Shown here: piece after piece, positions 55,901 to 64,000 of the stretch
Layout: each line of letters opens with the position of its first letter
Numbering within the stretch: position 1 is the stretch's first letter
Source: the human T2T-CHM13v2.0 reference genome, Homo sapiens
Strand: one strand, 5' to 3'
Assembly (NCBI RefSeq): GCF_009914755.1
Contig: NC_060927.1
Length of the DNA: 64,000 nucleotides
The notes under the pieces: model-generated
Told to the model about the DNA's origin: nothing
Databases searched by the model: none
The model's input: only the letters and a program-made list of their open reading frames with translations
Program-made: the position numbers and the translations under genes

Positions 55901-56611
55901 TAATGCCTGAGTGACAGTTATATTGTATTTGATGCAACAAATAATTAATATAGTGGGTTAGGAAAGAGATGAACTCTGCTCAGGCTCTACGCTGCAATGA
56001 ATACCAAATGTAGGCCTTAAGAAAATAACGGCTTTAGTTTATTTGGAATATGTTTACAAGGAATATATTTATACACTCAAAAACAAAAGTTTATTTTTTT
56101 TTCTTTCCTGTCTGGCCAAATAGTCATATAACAGGCATGAAATATATAGGACAGATAGAGTGAAGCTAAGTTCTAAGGAAGTTGTAAGGTTGTCTAGCCC
56201 TTGTAAAGAATAGATTATATCTAATTCAAAGTACTTCAAACACTGAGATTGCACAAATGGTGAATCCAGTATCACCTGGAAGGTCAATATGATTTGCAAA
56301 CATATTAGGCATAAGTAATGTTGTAGGCTTAAGTGTGTAATCATTCCAGTGATTCACATCTTTGCATAAGGCAACCAATTTTGCAATGTTATGATTCTCA
56401 TTTCAAATTTTGGTCTAGCTATTTTAGATATTTAATGATAGAAAAGAAACATAGAAAAGAAACAGGTATTTTTGAATGGTCTATCAAGAATCCTGAAGCG
56501 GAGAAAATCTAACTAAAAATTATTTTATACAAATTTGAGTGGTAGTGAAGCCAACAAAACTTATTTCTATGGTTAGGAAAGTAATATATATTTATTATAA
56601 AAATAGAAATA

Positions 56612-56924
<313 letters not shown>

Positions 56925-57111
56925 TGCAAATCAGTGATAAATGACTTGTAACCCTGCCATTTGATGATGCCACCGTATATACATTGACGTTTCCTTACAG
57001 TACATTTTATAGAATTTTATAGAATTTTGAAGAAAAAGAATGCCAGTTTATTTCATGTAGGCAGTTTATTTCATCACAAAGGCAGAAATAAACCCATACA
57101 TTTGTCTTCAA

Positions 57112-57234
<123 letters not shown>

Positions 57235-57254
57235 TGAGACACCTGTAATTTCCA

Positions 57255-58118
57255 GCCTGAAATGATTTTGAAAAGGTTCCAAGAACACACAACAGAAAAA
57301 AACACAGTTTCCAATAAATTATGTTGAGAAAACTGTTTTATCTGCCTGCAGAAGAGTTAAATTAGATCTTTACATCACACTATATATAAAAATGAACTAA
57401 AATGCATTAAAGACTAATATAACACTTCAACCTGTAAAATTACTAGAAGAAAACATAGTGGAAATGCTCTAGGACATTGATATGGACAATGAATTTTTAG
57501 ACATGATTCCAAGAGCACAGGCAACAAAAGAAAAACACACAAATGAGATTATATAAAACTCACAAGCATCTGAGCAACAAAGGAAATAGCAAGAGGAAAC
57601 AGACACTCTATGGAATAAGAGAAAATATTTGCAAACTATGTATCTGATAAAGGGTTAACATCCAAAAATATATAATAAACTCAACTCAATAGCAGGAAAA
57701 CAAATAACCTGATTAGAAAATGAACAGAGGACCTGAAAAGACATTTCTCAAAAGAATACATACAAATGACCAACAGGTATATAGGAAAATACTCAACATC
57801 CCTCCAGGGAAATGCGGATTCAAAACACAATGAGATATTCGCTCACATCTGCTAGAATGGCTCTTATCCAAAAGACAAAATGTAACAAGTAGTGGTGAAG
57901 ATGTGAGGAAAAGGGAACCTTTGTACACTGTTTATAGGAAAGTGAATTATTACATCCAGTATGGAAAACAGTATGGAGGTTACTCAAAAAATTAAAATAG
58001 AATTACTATATGACCTAGCAATCCCACTATTGAATATACATACCCCCCAAAAATAGCCAACATATAAAATCAACCTAAGTGTCCATCAAGGGATAGAGAT
58101 AGATTGATGATAGATAGG

Positions 58119-58161
<43 letters not shown>

Positions 58162-58620
58162 GCAGATAGATAGATAGATAGAATACTATCCAGCATTAAA
58201 AATGAAGGAAGTCTCGTCATTTGCACCAACATGGATGAACCTGGAGGACATCACATTAAGTGAAATAAACCAGGCATGGAAACGAAAATACTACATGACA
58301 TCATTTACATGTGGAATCTACAGAAGTCCAATTCATAGAAGCAGAGAATCAAATGGAGTTACAAGGGCCTGAGGGTGGAGTGTGAGGAGATCAGAGAAAT
58401 ATTGACCAAAGAATGCAAAATTTCAGTTAGACAAGAGTAATAATAATGTATTACATGCTTTAAAATTCCTAAAAATGTAAATTTTAAGTGTTCTCATAAA
58501 AAAGTGATGTAATACATATGTTAATTAGCTTGATTTAACCAATCCACAATGTATACATACATTCAAACATTATGTACACAATAATTATATACTATTTGTT
58601 GTATTTGTTGTCAATTGAAT
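57255..58620 (+). mobile_element. L1MA-type 3' fragment
   Basis: Degenerate late ORF2 and L1MA 3'UTR (ttaattagcttgatttaaccaatccacaatgtatac). Confidence 0.88.
58092..58182. repeat. (GATA)n tetranucleotide STR
   Basis: Seen directly; interrupted by GGTA and GGCA units. Confidence 0.95.
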
Positions 58621-58732
58621 GTGTATATGTGAATGTGTATATATATGTGTATATATGTGTGTGCATATATATGTATATATGTGTGTGTATATATTTGTGT
58701 ATATGTGTGTGTGTGTATATATATATACACAC
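58620..58732. repeat. (TG/TA)n alternating purine-pyrimidine tract
   Basis: Seen directly at the L1 tail. Confidence 0.9.
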
Positions 58733-58984
58733 ATTTTAGAAAATTTGTTTTGCTTAGTCCATCAAGGTACATAACTCATTATAGAGATTTTTTTAGTTAT
58801 TATCATTGCCCACAAGCTAGTGAACTCCACAGAAAGCAAAATAAGAAGGTATGCATTTTTATAGCCATGGTGCATTGCACAGTGGCTTGCATATTGCGGC
58901 CTTCAGTAAACATTTGTTCGATGAATGACTGAATGCTAATCTTAGAAAAGTGTACAAGATAGATGGGCAGAGACAGACAGGCTA

Positions 58985-59410
58985 TGGCAAAGTGTGCAAT
59001 GATTTTACCAAAATATAATTTATTTTCCTCTTAGGCAAAAAACTAGCTTACATTTCCCAGCTTCTCTTGTAGTTACAAGAAACCACATGACTGAGTTCTG
59101 GCCAATACCATTCTACAGAATCCATGGGTACAGCCTTCGCACCTGGCCTTGAAATCCTCCTGCACAATCATCTATACACTCTGTCTTCCCTCATCTGCCA
59201 GCTGGAGGCTGATGGAACAGTGAACTCTGAGGCTCCAGGGATGGTGGAGCTATAGAACTAGGCTCCACTATATGAAGCCTAGATCCCTAAAAGACTACAT
59301 AGAACATTTTTTTTATCTTGCCACACCCCAGCCTATATTCTGCATTAAATTATGATGTGAATGAAAAATAAGCCTTTTTGTGTTATGTTATTGTATATTT
59401 TGCTTAAAGA
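58985..59410 (+). mobile_element. MLT1I/J-type ancient MaLR LTR
   Basis: tacatttcccagcttctcttgtagtt...cacatgactgagttctggccaat...aaataagcctttttgtgtta. Confidence 0.7.
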
Positions 59411-60939
59411 TTCTTAAGGATCTAGCAACATATCTGAGATACAGTAAAGAAAATTTTAAAAATGTGTTGAATTATGGGACAAAATACAAAAGACTGTTAC
59501 AGTAATGTAAAAGATGTTTTTATTACTAAGGCAAGTTTGAGAACATTTCACAGAGAAAATCAGAATTTAGATGGAATTGAAAGATACATCTGTGGCAAAC
59601 AAAGAACAATATTCCAAGGAGATCACATGGTATAAACAAAGGCTGGGAGATAGTGGACTGTAAAATATATTTGAAAATTAAAAGCAGCCAGAGGAAATAT
59701 CCTACCAAGATGGTAGGATAAATGAAGAGAAAGTTATGCAAGCACATTAGGTATTAGGATTGTATGTTTTCTCTGTATCACGATTATTAGAGAAATCTTT
59801 AGTAAATAATGCTTAAAAATATTTCTAAATAAATGAGTGAATAGATGACTGAATGACTGAATAAATGATTCATTTCAAGACGTACTTTTGAAAACCTTGA
59901 CAGTCTGATCGTGAAGTTTATTTGATACAAATTCTGTCCATGCGCCTAGTGAATAAAGAAGCAAATCAATTGAAGTAAAAGGAAATCAACTTGATGGCAG
60001 CATTGACAATGGAGTAGAGGAGAATGAGCTTAGAGGCAAACAGTTCAATTAAGCGATTTATGCAGTAATCTATGAATTATTGCCTTTTTTTCCTGCTGCA
60101 TAACAAAGTTGGTTGGCATGATAATTTAATTAGCTATGCTGACAGCAGGTTCAGTTAGTAAGATGAAGGTTGCATAACTTTTAAAATATTTGAGAAAAAT
60201 TAATATAATTTCTGGCCCATTCCCATCATATAAAGCGTACTATTTTATAGGTAAGTAGAATTAGATTCTAGTATAAAGTAAACAAGGATGCTAATATCTA
60301 AGTGCATATTTGCATAGTGTTTGTTCATTTATCTTCTTTTGAACTTTAGGATATTAAAGTAAACTGTTGTTTAAACACAATTTTGTCCTAGCTTTAGTGA
60401 ACACAGAGATAATGGCAGAGTAATCTGACAAATAGATGAGAGTTATAAAGCAATCTAAAATCGTTTTTAAGAAATGGATGAGCCAAAGTATAATTGATTC
60501 TTGTTTTTAAGAATTGGATGAGCCAAGCATAATAGATTCTTGTATGTGAGTAGTGTATTGAAGAGGAAACCACTAGCAGTCAAACACTCCGTTCTCTTCT
60601 AAATTAATCTTAATGAGAAAGGAAAAATCATAATTTGCTAAGTGAAAAAACACTGGAATAGAAATGAGTCCACATGAGTGTAAAGTGCTTTCCATCTGAT
60701 TTGTTCTAAGGGAACAAATCAAGACACTTAAATTTTCTAATTGAGTATGTGGGTAAGTAGGCATCTGTTGAGTGGAAGGGTATTATTTTTACATTCATTC
60801 TTTTAAAATTTTCGTGATTGGCAGTTTATGCATGCCAAACTTAATTTTTTCAGTGATTTTTATTCAGCTGTCTAAGCTAATTCTATTTAAAAATATCTTT
60901 ACATAGAATTAAGATATTTTTCTTTATTGCAGAAATATT

Positions 60940-61237
60940 TCTTTTTCCTTTTTCTTTTCTTTTTTTTTTGAGACAGAGTCTTGCTCTGTCGCCCAGGCCC
61001 CATCTCGGCTCACTGCAAGCTCCGCCTCCTGGGTCCACGCCATTCTCCTGCCTCAGCCTCCCGAGTAGCTGGGACTACAGGCGCCCGCCACCACGCCTGG
61101 CTAATTTTTTTGTATTTTTAGTAGAGACAGGGTTTCACCATGTTAGCCAGGATGGCCTTGATCTTCTGACCTCATGATCCACCAGCCTTGGCCTCCCAAA
61201 GTGCTGGGATTACAGGCCTGAGCCACCCCGCCCGGAC
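60940..61237 (-). mobile_element. AluY with ~14-bp internal deletion
   Basis: Y diagnostics caagctccgcc, cacgccattc and gttagccaggatgg; right arm reads cccaggccccatctcgg instead of cccaggctggagtgcagtggcgcgatctcgg. Confidence 0.93.
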
Positions 61238-64000
61238 TCTCCTTTTTCTGTTTCATTCTGCATGGCCTACCTCTTTCAATGTTAAAACACTCTTAGAGAA
61301 GATGTGTGTCTATAGATTATATTAAAATGGTTAAGAATATAAAAATAATTAGAATTTAAAAATGACATATCCTGAAAGAAACATGTACAGATCACTTATT
61401 AAACAGTGCAGGGAAACTTAAAAAAAAAATAAAAAATTCGAGTCAAAAGTTTCTTTGCTGGAATTTCACATATGATTTTTCACAAATGAGAGTGGAATAA
61501 TCTCTTGCCAACAAGACACATTTTATCGAGTGATGTGCTAGACCAGTGTGCAGGAGTTGATTGTTCACATCAATTCCCAGCTCTGCATGATGCCCTGCTA
61601 GTAATCTGAGATTAACTCCTGCAGCAGTATTAATGTTGCTGTTATTAATGTTACTGACAGTATTAATGTTACTGTCTTGCAGTTAATTAATGAAATTAAC
61701 TCCTGAAGGAGTATTATTTATTTTATGTATTAATTTTATAAAATTATAATGGAAATCAGCAAACCCTATCAATGAAAGCATTCTTTCACCCCAATCATGT
61801 TTTAAAATAATTACCAGCACATCACTGATTTTTATTTGGCTTAAAAAACGAGTTTAGGATTGCACACTGTGGCTTTCAAAAGGGATTTCTTCATCAGCAC
61901 AGTAAGCTATGTTGGTGACCGCCAAACTTTTGAACATGCATCTGTCAATTTAAAAAAAGTTGCCTATGCACTAAGGCATGTATTTTTATTTAATTACAAT
62001 TGTAGAGGTTTATATGCCAAAAAAGCAAAACCAAAAATGTATACTAATGTGTCAAAATAACATTTTAATGAATAGTTTTATGTATGATTCTATTAAATAT
62101 TTTGGTCTTTATTAAAACATTATAAATAGTTTAATAATTTGTATAGCAACACACTTACATTTGCTTTATTTCACATTTATGATTAAAACATTGGAAAAGC
62201 AGTTTAGTTTTAAATGCATTGGGAGGTTTTCAAAAACTCAGTTTATTTTGATATTTGGTTATATTATCTGTCACACAATGATATGTAGATAAAAATGGTA
62301 GAAGAGTATTGGCTGAGCATAAATGTATTACTTTTTCAATTTGTATGTGCAAGTATATAAAGACTTTTGTTAAAATTGAGAGCTCAAAATTCTATCTTCT
62401 TTGATGTTGCTCTTCTAAACCCAATTTTGAAAATATGTACATTTTATATAAGTAACAAATTGCTTCAAAGCCCGTTGTAAATCTTCATTTTGAAACATTT
62501 TAAATAGATTAGAAGTTTTAAACTTTTTAAGAATAGATATTTTAAAGTACTGTTGTAAGTCATACAAATTTTAGCCAATAAAATCCTAAAATGTTGGGAA
62601 ATATTCATATCTCAAAAGTGTTCCTAATTAACAGAAATTTCTTTCAAAAACATTATTTTCATACCCATTTTTGAATCATGACCTTTGCATTGCAGCAATA
62701 GATTATATTTTCAAAATTATCTGCCAATGGTACACTACTGAGAGACATTTATCATAAAAATATTCAACAAATTTGTAGTGTTTTGCTGACAAATGCACCT
62801 CATTTTTGGTTCAACCATTTTATATACTTTGCCACAAGAGAACCAGCATACTTCTCTGTGGTTAAAAGATTTTCAGTTTTTCATCATCTCCTTATAAAAC
62901 AGTATAAAAGCCTCCTACTGCACATGTTTTAAAGATCTCGTTTTGTAAAATAATTATCATGAATGTCATCACGTATAACATGTACACCTCTGGCTTCTAT
63001 AATACTTCTCTGATGGGACGATTGCTTTCTTCTGAATGATATTGTAAAATTCATGCATGAAAACTTCTTTGTGCCCTTAGCTCAGAACACTTAGCTTTTT
63101 CCTAAATTAATTCAAAAGAGTCATTTACTTTTTAAAAGACATGCATTTCCAGTGCACCTTTCCTTTAGTAGCTTACCAAAAGCAGTTTTGATGCATTGGT
63201 TTGCAAAATAAAATGTAGAAAATGAAGTGAGATGTTAGAAACATCTGGGCTGTCATGCAGTTTTACAGTAAACCTCCCACAGTAAATAATTTTTCTAAAA
63301 ATTTTTATTTAGATCATCAATAATACACTGTAGTACCTGTCAACAATGCATACTGAAAAATAATGCATTTTTGTCTCTGTTTTGCTTTCTGTGTACTATT
63401 CTACCTAATTTTATGCTTCTGTAAGAGTTAATATTTCAACAATGCTATGTGGCCTTTGTCTTCCATTACTGAGTGGGAAACATGAAAAAATATCATTATT
63501 TTTCTGAAATACTGCCTTTGGGTCTCAATTCTGTCTTTTAATGTGGTTGTTCAATAAGAACTACTGGCATTGCCATTTCTTTTTATCAGTAACACATTCT
63601 GAAATTGTTGTTATTGGTTTTAATTACTAATTTTTTGTAGGAATACTAGATCAATTTTATGTTTTCTAAATATTGGTTCAGTTAAGATTAGAGACCAGAA
63701 TCTGTAAACCAATTTAAGTGGAAATATATAGACGGTCTTGTAATGCACCACACAGACGGTGAGGGAAGATGGCCCTCACAAGTACTCTGCCTGTGGAAAC
63801 CCAGCACTTCTTTAAAGCTATCCCACACGTTAACTGGCCGTGTGACTATCCAAGTATACAAGTTCTATTCCATGCATTAAATAATAAGTAGTTCATCTTT
63901 ATTGTTAGGTTAAAACAAACAGAACAAAACAAAACAAAAATAAGTCCTAATATTTAATCCCAATGCCACATTAAATTGTTTTGTGCTTGAAAACAACTCA

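Noticed and set aside
63759-63779. Hairpin gtgaggg-aagatgg-ccctcac containing a YY1-like core
   Set aside because: A 7-bp stem is expected by chance in 64 kb.

Overview
AT-rich great-ape/human-type genomic DNA (intergenic or deep intronic), roughly half interspersed repeats, with no recognisable cellular protein-coding gene. The only long ORFs are LINE-1 ORF1/ORF2 and Tigger transposase remnants; the other ORF calls are antisense, low-complexity or Alu/L1 artefacts. Main contents: (1) a near full-length, inactivated L1PA3-type element (4829-10859, minus strand, perfect 17-bp TSD) nested in a truncated MER61 endogenous retrovirus whose LTR retains a p53-type element; (2) a near full-length Tigger5 (21270-23621); (3) several old L1M elements, including a twin-primed inversion and an L1>Alu>L1 nest; (4) MaLR LTRs, Alus, MIR/L2 and a 35-nt U2 retro-fragment; (5) a non-B-DNA-prone cluster at 32.6-34.4 kb: a ~480-bp purine tract, a young ~250-bp L1 stub ending in an expanded (GGGGGGA)12 array, and an AT minisatellite containing a 74-bp perfect palindrome. 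I found no convincing new multi-gene system; the best leads are structural and regulatory oddities. Repeat subfamily names come from recalled consensus sequences, not a database search.
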